A stretch of 64,000 nucleotides of DNA from an uncultured Solirubrobacterales bacterium. GTDB taxonomy: Bacteria; Actinomycetota; Thermoleophilia; Solirubrobacterales; Solirubrobacteraceae. The position numbers and the translations under genes were made by a program. Shown here one piece after another: positions 41,414 through 52,794 of the stretch. Positions within the stretch are counted from its first letter, which is position 1; every line of letters begins with the position of its first letter. Where the stretch lies: assembly GCA_963794825.1 (NCBI GenBank), contig CAWCFB010000001.1, positions 737,528-801,527 on the forward strand. Direction: 5' to 3'. The notes under the pieces are model-generated. The model saw only the letters and a list, made by a program, of their open reading frames with translations, was not told where the DNA came from and did not search any database.

Positions 41414-42815
41414 CTACAGCCAGCGTAAACGGACACCAGACGAACGGCCACGTGGCGGCCAGTGAGCGGGAGAACCCCCTGCACACCCTGACCCCGGAGC
41501 AGATCGAGGAGATCGGAAAGGAGCTCGACGAGCTCCACGAGCAGGTCAAGGCGAGCCTCGGCGAGCGGGATGCGACCTACATCCGCTCGGTGATCGCGAT
41601 GCAGCGAAAACTCGCGTTGATCGGCCGGTTCTCGCTGATCTTCTCCCGCTGGCGGATCCCGTGGGCGATCGGCGCAGGCTCGCTGGGGCTGGCGAAGATC
41701 CTCGAGAACATGGAGATCGGCCACAACGTCCTGCACGGTCAGTGGGACTGGATGAACGACCCGGTGATCAACTCGCGCGCGTGGGATTGGGATACCGCGT
41801 CGACCGCCGAAGCGTGGCGGCACTCCCATAACTTCATCCACCACACCTACACGAACATCCTCGGCAAGGATCGCGACCTCGGCTACGAGATCATGCGGAT
41901 CGACCCGCAGCAGCCCTGGCATCCGGTCTACCTGTTCCAGCCCTTCTACAACATCCTGCTGTCGCTGTTGTTCGAATGGGGGGTCGCGGTCCACGACCTG
42001 GACCTCACGGCGATCCGCGCCGGCGAGAAGGACCTCAAGGAGGTGGGCAAGGAGCTCAAGGGGATCGCCGGCAAGGCGCGCACCCAGATCGTCAAGGACT
42101 ACATCGCGTGGCCCGCGATCAGCGGCGCGGTGATGACCGGCGCCGAGCTCGCGGCGATCGTGGCGCGGAGCAGAACCGGCGGCCGTCAACCGCGGCGCGG
42201 AGCCAAGTTGAAGCGCAAGGTCGCCAAGCAGGTGCTGCTCAATTCGCCCGCCGCGCGCCGGGCGGTGATCCGCTCACCGATGGACGCGGCGCGCGCTCAA
42301 GGAGCTGGTCGCTCGCCGCTCCTTCCGCGAGCCGTTCAAGCGGACGCTGATCGCCGACGCGACCGCAAACGTGATCCGCAACGTGTGGTCGTACGCGATC
42401 ATCTTCTGCGGCCACTTCCCCGACCAGACGTACACCTTCACCGAGGAGGAGACCGCCGACGAGACCCGCGGTGGGTGGTATGTCCGCCAGCTGACGGGTG
42501 CCGCGAACATCGACGGCGGCCCGATGTTCCACGTGATGAGCGGAAACCTCGGCTACCAGGTCGAGCATCACCTCTTCCCCGACATGCCGAGCACGCGCTA
42601 CGGCGAGATCGCGCCGCGGGTGCGCGAGCTGTGCCAGCGCTACGGCCTGCCGTACAACACCGGGCCGTTCAGCCAGCAGCTCGGGATGGTGCAGCGCACG
42701 ATCCTGCGGCTCGCCCTTCCCGGCGGCAGCCAGCGGCCCGAAGCCGGGTCCATACGACGGTCCGCTCGTCCGGGGCAGCGGCGAGCGTGCGGATGCCGTG
42801 CCGGCGCTGAAATAA
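41410..42815 (+). CDS. DesA3-like membrane acyl-CoA desaturase; frameshifts near 42292 and 42738
   Basis: His boxes HNVLHGQW, HNFIHH, QVEHHLFP; FCGHFPD. Confidence 0.88.
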
Positions 42816-42822
42816 CCCGTGC

Positions 42823-42852
42823 CCGGGCGCGCGTGTGCCAGCGCGCGCCCGG
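42823..42852 (+). terminator. GC-rich hairpin after the desaturase
   Basis: CCGGGCGCGCG-N8-CGCGCGCCCGG, perfect 11-bp stem, no U tract. Confidence 0.55.
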
Positions 42853-42886
42853 CCATGGCTCGCGGCGCCTGCGATAATCGCCCGCG

Positions 42887-43750
42887 ATGACCCTCGAGCT
42901 CGGCGCAATCCTGACCGCGATGGTGACCCCGTTCGACGCGCGGGGACAGCTCGACGAGGAGGCGATGGTGCGGCTGATGCACCACCTGATCGAGCACGGC
43001 TCGGACGGGCTGGTGGTCTGCGGCACCACCGGCGAAGCGGCGACCATGAACGACGACGAGCACCTCCGCGTGATCGAGCTCGCGGTGCAGGAGATGGGCG
43101 GCCGTTGCCCGATCGTTGCCGGCGTGGGCTCGAACGACACCCGCCACGCCGTGCACCTGACCGAGCGCGCGACCGCGCTGCGCCCAGACGCGCTGCTGTC
43201 GGTGAACCCTTATTACAACCGACCGTCGCCAGCTGGTCTCATCCGTCATTACGAGGAGATCGACCGCGCTACCGACCTGCCGATCCTGCTCTACAACATC
43301 CCGCAGCGGACCGGTCAGGATCTGTCGAACGAGTTCCTGGCCGAACTTGCGCAGATCGAGCACATCGTCGGGGTCAAGCAGGCCAACCCCGCGAACCTGG
43401 CGAAGATCGACGGCTTGCAGATCTATGCCGGTAACGACGACATGGTGGCCGACGTGCTCGATCTCGGCGAACCGGGCGGCATCTGTACGAGCACGCACGT
43501 GTTCGGCGACGTGTTTCACCGGATGGTCGACGAGGCCGAACGCCGCCGCGAGATCCACGAGTCGCTGGCCGACGTGTTCCGCGACATGGCGATCGCGCCG
43601 GCTGCATGTTCGAACAAGGCGGCGCTGAACCTGATCGGCGTCTCGGTCGGCGCGCCCAGGTTGCCGTACGTCGAGCTCGACGAGCAGGAGATCGATGTCA
43701 TCCGCGCCATGCTCGAGCGCCACGGAATGCTCGCCTCGACGGCGGCGTGA
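42887..43750 (+). CDS. dapA: 4-hydroxy-tetrahydrodipicolinate synthase
   Basis: AMVTPF, GTTGE, PYYNRP, LYNIPQRTG, GVKQA. Confidence 0.96.
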   Translation: MTLELGAILTAMVTPFDARGQLDEEAMVRLMHHLIEHGSDGLVVCGTTGEAATMNDDEHLRVIELAVQEMGGRCPIVAGVGSNDTRHAVHLTERATALRPDALLSVNPYYNRPSPAGLIRHYEEIDRATDLPILLYNIPQRTGQDLSNEFLAELAQIEHIVGVKQANPANLAKIDGLQIYAGNDDMVADVLDLGEPGGICTSTHVFGDVFHRMVDEAERRREIHESLADVFRDMAIAPAACSNKAALNLIGVSVGAPRLPYVELDEQEIDVIRAMLERHGMLASTAA

Positions 43751-43759
43751 GTCACCCGC

Positions 43760-45434
43760 GTGAGTGAGTCAATGCGGGTCCTGCCGCTCGGCGGGCTGGG
43801 CGAGATCGGCAAGAACATGACGGTCCTCGAGCAGGACGGCCGGATCGTGGTCGTCGACACGGGCTTGCGCTTCCCGACAACCGACATGCTCGGGATCGAC
43901 CTCGTGCTGCCCGACTTCAGCTACCTGCGCGACCGGGCCGACGACATCGAAGGGATCGTGATCACCCACGGTCACGAGGACCACCTGGGCGCGCTCCCGT
44001 GGGTCCTGCGCGAGCTCGGCCACTCGCACCGACAGGCTCCCGCCCGTATACGGCGGCCGGCTGACGATCGCCATGGCGCGCTCGAAGCTCGACGAGCACA
44101 ATCTCCGCGATGCGCCGCTGGAGGATCTCGCGCCGGGCGACGATGTATCGCTCGGCCCGTTCACCGTCGAGCTGATCCACATGACGCACTCGATCCCGGA
44201 TTCGTGCGCCGTCGCGCTCACCACGGGCCTCGGGACGGTGCTGGTGACCGGCGACTACAAGTTTGACCAGACTCCGGTCGGCGGCGTGCCCGCCGACGTG
44301 TCGCGGCTCGCTGAGCTGGGACGGGAGGGGGTTCTGTTGCTGTGCGGCGATTCGACCAATGCCGACCGGCCGGGGTTCTCGCCGTCCGAGCGGGTGGTCG
44401 GGCCCCATTTGGAGGAGGTGTTCGCGCGGGCGGAGGGGAGGATCGTGGTCACGAGCTTCGCCTCGAATATTCACCGCGTCCAGCAGGTGGTCGATGGCGC
44501 CGCGGCCCTCGGTCGCAAGGTCGCCCTGGTCGGACGCTCGATGCGCAAGAACGTCAACATCGGAAGGTCGCTCGGCCATATCGAGATTCCCGACGGCATG
44601 CTGATCCAGCCCCAGGAGGTCGAGGACTGGCCTGAGCACAAGGTCGTCGTGATCTCCACTGGATCACAGGGCGAGCCATTGTCCGCGCTGCGACGGATGG
44701 CGCACAACGACCATCGGCTGATCAAATTGCACAAGGGCGACACGGTGGTGTTCTCGGCCACGCCGATCCCAGGCAACGAGCGGGCCGTCAACGAGACCGT
44801 CGACCGGCTCTACCACATCGGCTGCAACGTGATCACGCCGCGCGACGCACCGATTCACGCCTCGGGGCATGGCTACGTCGAGGAGCTGAAGCTGATGCTC
44901 AACTTGGTCAAACCGCGCTACGTGATGCCGATCCACGGCGACCACAAGCGGATCCAGCTGCACGCCGAGCTCGCCGATGCGGTCGGGATCGACCCGGATG
45001 ACGTGTTCCGCTCCGAGAACGGGCTGCCGCTCGAGATCGACGGCAGCCGCGCGCGGTTCGGCGAACCTGAGCAGTCGGGGATGATCTTCGTCGACGGGGT
45101 CGACGTCGGTGACCCGGCGGACGCCGCGCTACGCGACCGGCGAATGCTTTCCGCCGACGGCATCTTCATCGTCGTTGCGACGGTCTCGGAGCAGAGCGGC
45201 GAGTCGGTCGCCCCGCCTGAGGTGATCTTCCGCGGCGTGCCCTTCATCGAGCAGGCCGACGAGCTCGTCGAGGACATCCGCGACGAGGTCGAACGGTCAC
45301 TGAACCGCGCCGCGCAGGACGGGGTACGCGCGATCGACCTGCTCCAGCAGGAGCTCCACGACGACCTCGCGGCGTTCGTCTATGACCGGCTTCGCCGTCG
45401 GCCGATGGTGCTTCCGGTAGTCGTCGAGGTGTGA
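43760..45434 (+). CDS. rnj: Ribonuclease J; frameshift near 44025
   Basis: PLGGLGEIGKN, THGHEDH, then HSIPD, DSTNA, GSQGEP, HASGH in the next frame. Confidence 0.95.
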
Positions 45435-46870
45435 CCGTTCGCCGCCGTCCCGCTGGCCGCAACCGCGGCTGGGTCGGCCGGGATGCGGATCACGAATCGC
45501 GTACCGATGCGGCCGGGCGCCGATGGCGGCGCCAGCGTGACCGTCCCCCCGTGGGACTCCGCGACCGCGCGGACGATTGAAAGCCCGAGCCCGGAGCCGC
45601 GCGCCCCCGTCGGGGCCACTGCGAACGAACCGGTCAAACAGCGTGTTGCGGAGCTCCTCCGGGATCCCGGGGCCATCGTCTTCGACGACCAGCATCGCGT
45701 CGTGATCCTCGAGTGACGTCGTCGCATGGATGTGCGTGCCCGGGGGGGTGTGACGGACGGCGTTCTCGAGCAGGTTGAGCGCCAGCCGGTGGAGATCGTC
45801 CGGCACACCTGCCACGACGGCCGGATGCACATCGATGGTCAGCTCGTATTCATCCGCCACCGGCCCGAGTTCCGCGGCCGCTTCGATCACGACGTCCGCG
45901 AGGTCGGTCGGGCGGCGCGGCTGCTCGCGCTCGGCGTCGGCGCGAGCCAGCAGCAGCAGGTCGCCGACCAGCCGCCGCATGCGACGCGTCGAGCGGAGCG
46001 CCGCCTGCGCCGTCTCCGCCTGCTCGCCGTGGAGCTCTTCGGCCAGCAGCTCGAGGTTCGCGAGCACGCTGGTCAGCGGCGTGCGCAGCTCGTGCGACGC
46101 ATCGGCGACGAACTCCCGCTGGCGGGCGAGCATCGCCTCGGTGTGGTTGCGCTCGGACGCCAGCGCCGCGAGCATCCTCGCCAGCGTGCGCGCCAACTCG
46201 GCGACTTCGTCGTCGGCCTCGGGATGGGGCAGGCGGCGGCTGGGATCGCGTGTCCGCTCGATCTCGCCGGCGACCGCCGTCAGCTCCCTAACCGGGCGCA
46301 TCGCGCGCTGCGCGGTGGCCAGGCCGGCGAGCAGGGCCAGGAAGGTGCCGGCGAGAACGCCGAGGATCAGGAAGAACCGGACCTTGCTCAGCGTGTGGTC
46401 GACGTCGGACAAGGGCCGGGCGTAGAGCAGCACGTAGTCGCCTTCCGGCTCGATCCGGAGCCGGCGGACAACGGCGCGGTAGCCGAGCTCGGTGAACGTC
46501 CCGGTCCGCAAGGGCAGCGAGAAGTTCGGCCCGGCTGCCGTCGGCCGGTTGGCGCCCGCGAGGACCTGTGACTGGTTGCAGAGAACCTCGCCGCTGCCAA
46601 GGTCGTAGACCCGGATCTGGGCGTGCTCCGGAGTCGCATAGTCGGCCAGATGAACGGTCTTGTTGCAGTCGAGCAACAGGGTGCTGGGATTCAGCTGCAG
46701 GTGCAGCTCCTGCTGGAGCTGCGTCGCGGCGGAGTCGACCTCGTTGTTGAACTGCGTCCTCACCTGCCGCGTCGTCAGCACGCCGACGATGGCCGCGAAG
46801 CCGGCCAGGATCACGAACGTCAGCACCGCCGAGCCGCCGGCCAGACCGCCAGCGAATCGGAACGCGCCTA
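45380..46870 (-). CDS. HAMP sensor histidine kinase; frameshifts near 46845 and 45606, start uncertain
   Basis: PIRWR+LAGGSAVL TM start, DASHELRTPLT, NLLENA, DDGPG; GSGLGLSIV in shifted frame. Confidence 0.85.
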
Positions 46871-47554
46871 TACGCGGAGTACGTAGCCCGCGCCGCGGAT
46901 CGTGTGTAGGAGCCGAGGCTCACCATCGGCTTCGAGCTTTCTCCGTAGGTTGGACACGAACACCTCGATCGTGTTCGTCATCGAGAACGGGTCGTATCCC
47001 CAGACCTCATCGAGCAGGCGCTGGCGCGAGACGACGATCCGCTCGTTGCGCATCAGGTACTCGAGCAGTTCGAACTCGCGTTGCGTGAGCTCGATCTGCC
47101 GACCGGCGCGCGACACCTCATGCGTGTCGGGGTTCAGCTGCAGGTCGCCGACCGCGAGTGCCGCCTGCCCGCGGGGCGGACGGCGCCGGAGTAGGGCCCG
47201 GAGTCGCGCGAGCAGCTCCTGGCGCTCGAACGGCTTGACCAGATAGTCGTCGGCGCCGGCGTCCAGCCCCTCGACGCGCGACTCGACCGCGTCTCGCGCC
47301 GTCAACACCAGGATCGGCACATCGTCGGTCTCGCGCAGGGTGCGCGCGACATCGACGCCATCCAGCCGGGGTAGACCGAGGTCAAGGATCACCAGGTCGG
47401 GGAGGTAGGCATGCGCGAGGTCGAGCGCGCTGACACCGTCCCCGGCGACCTTGACCTCGTATCCCTCCATCCGCAGCGAGCGCTGAAGCACCTGCGCGAT
47501 CGCGTCGTCGTCTTCGACGACCAGGACGCGGGGTGGGCGCTCGTGGTCCGGCAT
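46868..47554 (-). CDS. OmpR-family response regulator (MprA-like)
   Basis: VVEDD, LDLGLP, GADDYLVKPF, LTQREFELL, TIRGAGY. Confidence 0.95.
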   Translation of the reverse strand: MPDHERPPRVLVVEDDDAIAQVLQRSLRMEGYEVKVAGDGVSALDLAHAYLPDLVILDLGLPRLDGVDVARTLRETDDVPILVLTARDAVESRVEGLDAGADDYLVKPFERQELLARLRALLRRRPPRGQAALAVGDLQLNPDTHEVSRAGRQIELTQREFELLEYLMRNERIVVSRQRLLDEVWGYDPFSMTNTIEVFVSNLRRKLEADGEPRLLHTIRGAGYVLRV

Positions 47555-47685
47555 AGCTGTCTGAAAATGGTACGGCGGGTGCCCAGGACGCGCCGCCCAT
47601 CTTTACTCGGGCTTGATGCGCGGATTTCCCGGAGATACGGGCGGGGAGGAGCCAGACCACTGCCGTCGAAGCAGGTTCCTCGCAG

Positions 47686-50133
47686 ATGGCCACCGCAAAG
47701 AAGAAGCGCAAGCCGCCGCCCAAGCGCGCGCAACGCTCGCTGTTCGCGAGCCGTCCAACGCTGCCGAACTTTGAGCCGGCCCCCCATCAGGTCGACATCA
47801 TCGGCCTCGCGCTGGTCGCGATTGGAGCCTTCCTGGCGGCGGTCGGCTACTTCCACATCGCCGGTGGAACGCTCGGCAACGGAGCGGTCAAGTCGATGCG
47901 ATTCGTATTCGGCGTGCTCGGATATGCCCTGCCGGTGGTGCTGGGCCTGGCCGGTGGCCTGATCCTGATGCGCGAACTGCGCCCGCCGGCCCGCCCGATG
48001 CGGACCGGCGTGCTCTGCCTGACCGCGGCGCTGACCCTCGCCTGGGCCGCGGGGACGCTCGGGCTCGGCCCCGGCGAGGCCCGCACCGCCGTGTTCTGGC
48101 ACGCCTCGGTGTTCGAGGCCAGGGGCGGAGTAATCGGTCAGGCCGAGCTTTGGGCCACTTCACATCTGTTCTCGACGGTCGGCTCGGACTTCATCGCTGT
48201 GTTCCTGTTCATCGCCGGACTGATCCTGGTCAGTGGCGCGACCCTGGCCGGTGTGATCCGAGCCACCGGCGCCGGCGTCGCCGGGACCCATCGGGCGCTG
48301 CGGCGCTCCACCGAGGATTTCGCGTCGAACGTCGGGCGGCGGCCCCGGGCGGCGACCGCCGCCGGACGGTCCGAAGCCGTCTTTGACCCCTACGAGCCCG
48401 AGCCATTGCTTCCGCCCGAGCCCGACACCGCCGAGCTGGTGGTGCGCGCGACGCACGTCGAAGCGCCACCGATCGAGGGCGAGGTTCTCGAGCCGGAGGC
48501 GGAAGAGGAGTTCGTCGCGCAAGCGCCGGAGCAGACCGTCGCGGCGGGGATCCCGGTTGTCGGGCCCGAGGACCTGACGCCGCAGGGTCGCTACCGCGAC
48601 TCGGTCACCGACGATCCGGACTTCATCTGGCGCGTTCCCTCCGGCCGTTTCCTGACCCGGTCCACGGGTGACGCGGCCAAGCCCGACACCGCCGGCCAGG
48701 AACAGGTGGCCGCGACGCTGGTCGAGACGCTCGGACACTTCGGGATCGAGGCCAAGGTGGTCGGCCGGGTCACCGGACCACACATCACTCGCTACGAGCT
48801 ACGGCTCGCTCCGGGAATCAAGGTCGGGAAGGTGGCCGCCCTAAAGGACGACCTGGCGTACGCACTGGCCGCGACCGACATCCGGATCCTCGCCCCGATT
48901 CCGGGCAAGCATGCCGTCGGCGTCGAGGTTCCGAACGCGCGGCGGCGGATCGTCCATCTCGGCGACGTCTTCCAGGAGCCGCCGGCAGAGTGGTCGCCGC
49001 TCACGGTGTGGCTCGGCAAGGACATCTCCGGGCACGCGATCGGCGCCGACCTCGCGAAGATGCCGCACCTGCTCGTTGCCGGCACTACCGGCGCCGGAAA
49101 ATCCGCGTGCGTCAACGCAATGCTCTCCTCGATCCTGTTGCGGGCGACACCGCACGACGTTCGCCTCGTGCTGGTCGACCCCAAACAGGTCGAGCTCAAC
49201 CACTACGAGGGGATCCCGCACCTGCTCACGCCGGTGATCACGAGCCCGCGGATGGCAGCGAACGCCCTGCAGAACCTCGTCAAGGAGATGGAGCAGCGCT
49301 ACGGCATCATGTCGCTGGCGCGGACGCGGTCGCTCCCGGAACTCAATCGTGCGCGCGAGAAACGCGGCGAACCGGCGCTGCCCTACATCCTGTGTGTGAT
49401 CGACGAGCTCGCGGATCTAATGATGGTCGCTCCCGCCGACGTGGAAGACTCGATCATCCGGCTCGCGCAGAAGGCGCGGGCGGTGGGCATCCATCTCGTG
49501 CTGGCCACGCAGTCGCCGCGCGTCGACGTGATCACCGGGATGATCAAGGCAAATGTCCCGTCGCGGATCGCGTTCGCGGTCTCCTCACAGACCGACTCGC
49601 GCGTCATCCTGGATCAGAACGGCGCTGAGTCACTGCTCGGCCAAGGCGACATGCTGTTCTCGCCCGTCGGCTCGTCGAAGCTGCAGCGGATCCAGGGCGC
49701 GTACATTGACGAAGAGCAGATCCTCACACTGACCGATTCCTGGCGCAAGCAGGGCGAGCCCGAGTTCCACGAAGAGCTGCTCGAAGAGGTCGCATCCTCC
49801 GACGACGGCGGCTCCGACGGCGATGGCGAGCTGTCGGCCGACGAGGATCCGCTGCTCGAGGAGGCGATCTCGCTCGTCGCGCAGATGGGCACGGCGTCCA
49901 CGTCGATGCTGCAGCGCCGTTTGCGGCTCGGCTACACACGCGCGGGACGTCTGATCGACATGCTCGAGCGGCGGGGGATCATTTCCGGTTACGAGGGGTC
50001 CAAGCCACGCCAGGTACTGATCACAGAGGCGGACGTCCCGCGGATCCTCTCGCACCTAGCCGAAGCCGAAGCTGGCCATGCGCCGGTCGGCGCGCGCCCG
50101 GGACCGCCCGCGGGCGAGCCAGACGAGCTGTAG
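47686..50133 (+). CDS. ftsK: DNA translocase FtsK
   Basis: N-terminal TMs, AGTTGAGKS, IDELADLMM, gamma domain STSMLQRRLRLGYTRAGR. Confidence 0.97.
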   Translation: MATAKKKRKPPPKRAQRSLFASRPTLPNFEPAPHQVDIIGLALVAIGAFLAAVGYFHIAGGTLGNGAVKSMRFVFGVLGYALPVVLGLAGGLILMRELRPPARPMRTGVLCLTAALTLAWAAGTLGLGPGEARTAVFWHASVFEARGGVIGQAELWATSHLFSTVGSDFIAVFLFIAGLILVSGATLAGVIRATGAGVAGTHRALRRSTEDFASNVGRRPRAATAAGRSEAVFDPYEPEPLLPPEPDTAELVVRATHVEAPPIEGEVLEPEAEEEFVAQAPEQTVAAGIPVVGPEDLTPQGRYRDSVTDDPDFIWRVPSGRFLTRSTGDAAKPDTAGQEQVAATLVETLGHFGIEAKVVGRVTGPHITRYELRLAPGIKVGKVAALKDDLAYALAATDIRILAPIPGKHAVGVEVPNARRRIVHLGDVFQEPPAEWSPLTVWLGKDISGHAIGADLAKMPHLLVAGTTGAGKSACVNAMLSSILLRATPHDVRLVLVDPKQVELNHYEGIPHLLTPVITSPRMAANALQNLVKEMEQRYGIMSLARTRSLPELNRAREKRGEPALPYILCVIDELADLMMVAPADVEDSIIRLAQKARAVGIHLVLATQSPRVDVITGMIKANVPSRIAFAVSSQTDSRVILDQNGAESLLGQGDMLFSPVGSSKLQRIQGAYIDEEQILTLTDSWRKQGEPEFHEELLEEVASSDDGGSDGDGELSADEDPLLEEAISLVAQMGTASTSMLQRRLRLGYTRAGRLIDMLERRGIISGYEGSKPRQVLITEADVPRILSHLAEAEAGHAPVGARPGPPAGEPDEL

Positions 50134-50156
50134 GCGGGGGGTAGCCTTCCGGACCG

Positions 50157-50912
50157 ATGGCTGACATCGGCTCGACATTGCGAGAGGCGCGCATGCGCGC
50201 GCGCATCGACATCTCCGAGGTCGAGGCGCGCACGAAGATCCGGGCCAAGTACCTGCGCGCGATCGAGAACGAGGAGTGGGACCTGCTGCCCGGCCCCGTG
50301 TACGTCAAGAGCTTCCTGCGCACCTACGGGGAGTACCTGGGGCTCGACTGGCGGATGCTCACGGACGAGTACAAGCGCCAGTACGAGCGTCCGAGCGACC
50401 ACGAGCTGCGGCCGGTTGCGTCGCTCGGACGTGAGCGCGGCCCTCGCCGGCCAACTGTGCCGCCCTGGATCGTGATCGCGGGCGTGTTCGTGGTGATCAT
50501 CGTGGTCCTGATCGTGGTCGGTTTGGGCAACGGCAGCAAGCCGACACCGACCATCGGCGCTCGGACACGGCCGCTCCCCAAGCACCACCGGCACCGGCCC
50601 CATCGGGCGATCACGCTGCCGGCCAAGCCGAAGACGGTGAAGCTGGAGCTCACCGCGACGGGAACGGTTTACGTCTGCCTCGTCAACGCCGCGGGAACAA
50701 AGTTGATCCCCGGGCAGATCTTCGCCGCCGGCCAGGCGATCCCCACAGAGACCGCATCAAAGCTGCTGCTGACGCTGGGCAACGCATCGGTGACGATGAA
50801 GGTCAACGGGGCGCCAGTCACCGTGAGCCCGTCCGGGAGCTCGATCGGCTTTCTGATCCAGCCGAGCGGCACCACGCCGCTCTCGGCGGCCAAGCAACCG
50901 CGCTGCGCATGA
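50157..50912 (+). CDS. RodZ-like HTH membrane protein
   Basis: [21 protein letters not shown], one TM, C-terminal LGNA segment. Confidence 0.85.
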   Translation: MADIGSTLREARMRARIDISEVEARTKIRAKYLRAIENEEWDLLPGPVYVKSFLRTYGEYLGLDWRMLTDEYKRQYERPSDHELRPVASLGRERGPRRPTVPPWIVIAGVFVVIIVVLIVVGLGNGSKPTPTIGARTRPLPKHHRHRPHRAITLPAKPKTVKLELTATGTVYVCLVNAAGTKLIPGQIFAAGQAIPTETASKLLLTLGNASVTMKVNGAPVTVSPSGSSIGFLIQPSGTTPLSAAKQPRCA

Positions 50913-52246
50913 ACCCGCGCGCAGGAATCCTGATCACCGGGACCGAGGTCCTGACCGGAATCATCGCCGACCGCAATGGTCCGTGGCTGTCGGAGCGGCT
51001 GCGCGACGTCGGTGTCGATGTCGCCGTAATCGAGATCGTCGGGGACCGGCCAGACGACCTGCTCTCGGCGCTGGCCCACATGGCAGAGGAAGGGTTTGCC
51101 GTGATCGTGACGAGCGGCGGGCTCGGACCGACGGCGGACGATCTGACCGCCGCGATCGTCGGGCGCTTCAGCGGTCGCGAGATGGTCCTCGACCGCCGAC
51201 TCGAGCAGCGGATCGGCGAGATCCTCGCGCCGATGATCAGCCGATGGCCGGGACTCGACCTCGACGCGATCAAAGCTTCGAACCGCAAGCAGGCGTTGAT
51301 CCCGGAGGGCGCGACTGTGCTCGATCCGGTCGGGACTGCGCCCGGCTTGGTCGTGCCTCCGCTTTCCGGCCCGGGACCAACCGTGGTCGTCCTGCCGGGA
51401 CCGCCGCGCGAGCTGCGGCCGATGTGGGAGACGGCGATCAAAACCGATCCGTTCAGGGCGGCTATCGCCGGCGCCCCCACTTACCGGCGCAAGATTATGC
51501 GCCTGTTCGGCATTCCCGAATCCGAGATCGCGAACACGCTGCGGGCCGCCGAGGAGGAGAACGGTCTCTCGCTCCAGGGGCTTGAGATCACGACCTGCCT
51601 GCGCCGCGGCGAGATCGAGATCGCGACGACGTTCGAGCCGACCGCCGCCGACGCGTACGAGGCCTTCGCCGCCGTGGTCCGCGCTCGCCACAGCGAGACT
51701 CTGTTCTCGGAGGACGGATCGACGGTCGACGAGCAGATCGCGACGTTGACGGCCGGCAGGACGATCGCGGTCGCGGAATCTTGCACCGGCGGTCTGATGT
51801 CGGCGCGGCTGACCGACCGTGCAGGATCATCGGCGTACTTCGCTGGCGGGATAGTCGCTTATTCGAACGAGGCGAAGGTGTCTCTGGTCGGCGTCGATCC
51901 CGCGCTGATCGAGCGCGTGGGCGCGGTCTCCACCGAGGTGGCCGAGGCGCTGGCCGAGGGCGCTATGCGCCGTCTGGGCGCTGATATAGGCGTCGGGATC
52001 ACGGGGATCGCAGGCCCGGACGGGGGCACGGTGTCCAAGCCGGTGGGGCTCGTGTGCTTCTCGGTCGCGTCGGTGGCCGGGGAGCGCATCACCCGCGCGT
52101 TGCGACTGCCCGGGGACCGCGCCGACGTCCGGGACCGCTCGACGACTGTCGCAATGCATCTGGTGCGGAGGCTGTTGCTCGGCCAGGCTGGACAGCCGGT
52201 GCGGGGGCCGGGTGGCGACACGGTCGCCGAAGCCGTGAACCGATGA
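50909..52246 (+). CDS. cinA: CinA / NMN deamidase
   Basis: [31 protein letters not shown]. Confidence 0.95.
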   Translation: MNPRAGILITGTEVLTGIIADRNGPWLSERLRDVGVDVAVIEIVGDRPDDLLSALAHMAEEGFAVIVTSGGLGPTADDLTAAIVGRFSGREMVLDRRLEQRIGEILAPMISRWPGLDLDAIKASNRKQALIPEGATVLDPVGTAPGLVVPPLSGPGPTVVVLPGPPRELRPMWETAIKTDPFRAAIAGAPTYRRKIMRLFGIPESEIANTLRAAEEENGLSLQGLEITTCLRRGEIEIATTFEPTAADAYEAFAAVVRARHSETLFSEDGSTVDEQIATLTAGRTIAVAESCTGGLMSARLTDRAGSSAYFAGGIVAYSNEAKVSLVGVDPALIERVGAVSTEVAEALAEGAMRRLGADIGVGITGIAGPDGGTVSKPVGLVCFSVASVAGERITRALRLPGDRADVRDRSTTVAMHLVRRLLLGQAGQPVRGPGGDTVAEAVNR

Positions 52247-52794
52247 TCGGCGAACGGGCGCGACTGTTCGTCGCGCTCGAGTTGCCCCACGGCCCAGTCG
52301 AGGCGCTCGTCCGGTGGCGCCAACGCGCCGTCGCCGGGATCGACGGGCTGCGACTGGTGGCGCCGGAATCGCTACATGTGACGCTCTGCTTTCTCGGATC
52401 GCTCCCCGGCGCCGAAATCTCCGCGATCGCGGGGGCGGTGGATGGAGCTGGTCCGCTTGAGGTCGCCCTGTCGCTCGGAGCGCCCGTGTGGCTGCCGCGG
52501 CGCCGGCCTGCGGTCCTGGCGGTCGAGATCGAGGATCTCTCGGGTGCGCTGGCCCGCATGCAGGCGTCGGTTGCCGCCGCCCTTGTCGCCGGTGGCTGGT
52601 ATGAGCCCGAACGGCGGCGGTTCCTGGCCCATGTAACGGCGGCCCGGGTGGCTCGTGGCGCGCGCATCCGCGCTGTCGAGCTCCCGGCCCCTGAGCCGTT
52701 CGAATTCACCGGGACGGCGGTGACGTTGTTTCGTTCCCGGCCGGGGCCGGGCGGCACGCGCTACGAGCGGCTCAGTGACCGACAAGGGCAATGA
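52243..52794 (+). CDS. thpR: RNA 2',3'-cyclic phosphodiesterase (2H family)
   Basis: [20 protein letters not shown]. Confidence 0.92.
   Translation: MIGERARLFVALELPHGPVEALVRWRQRAVAGIDGLRLVAPESLHVTLCFLGSLPGAEISAIAGAVDGAGPLEVALSLGAPVWLPRRRPAVLAVEIEDLSGALARMQASVAAALVAGGWYEPERRRFLAHVTAARVARGARIRAVELPAPEPFEFTGTAVTLFRSRPGPGGTRYERLSDRQGQ

Noticed and set aside
45380-45434. Overlap of convergent rnj and sensor kinase 3' ends
   Set aside because: Short tail overlaps are common in GC-rich genomes and the kinase end depends on a frameshift repair.
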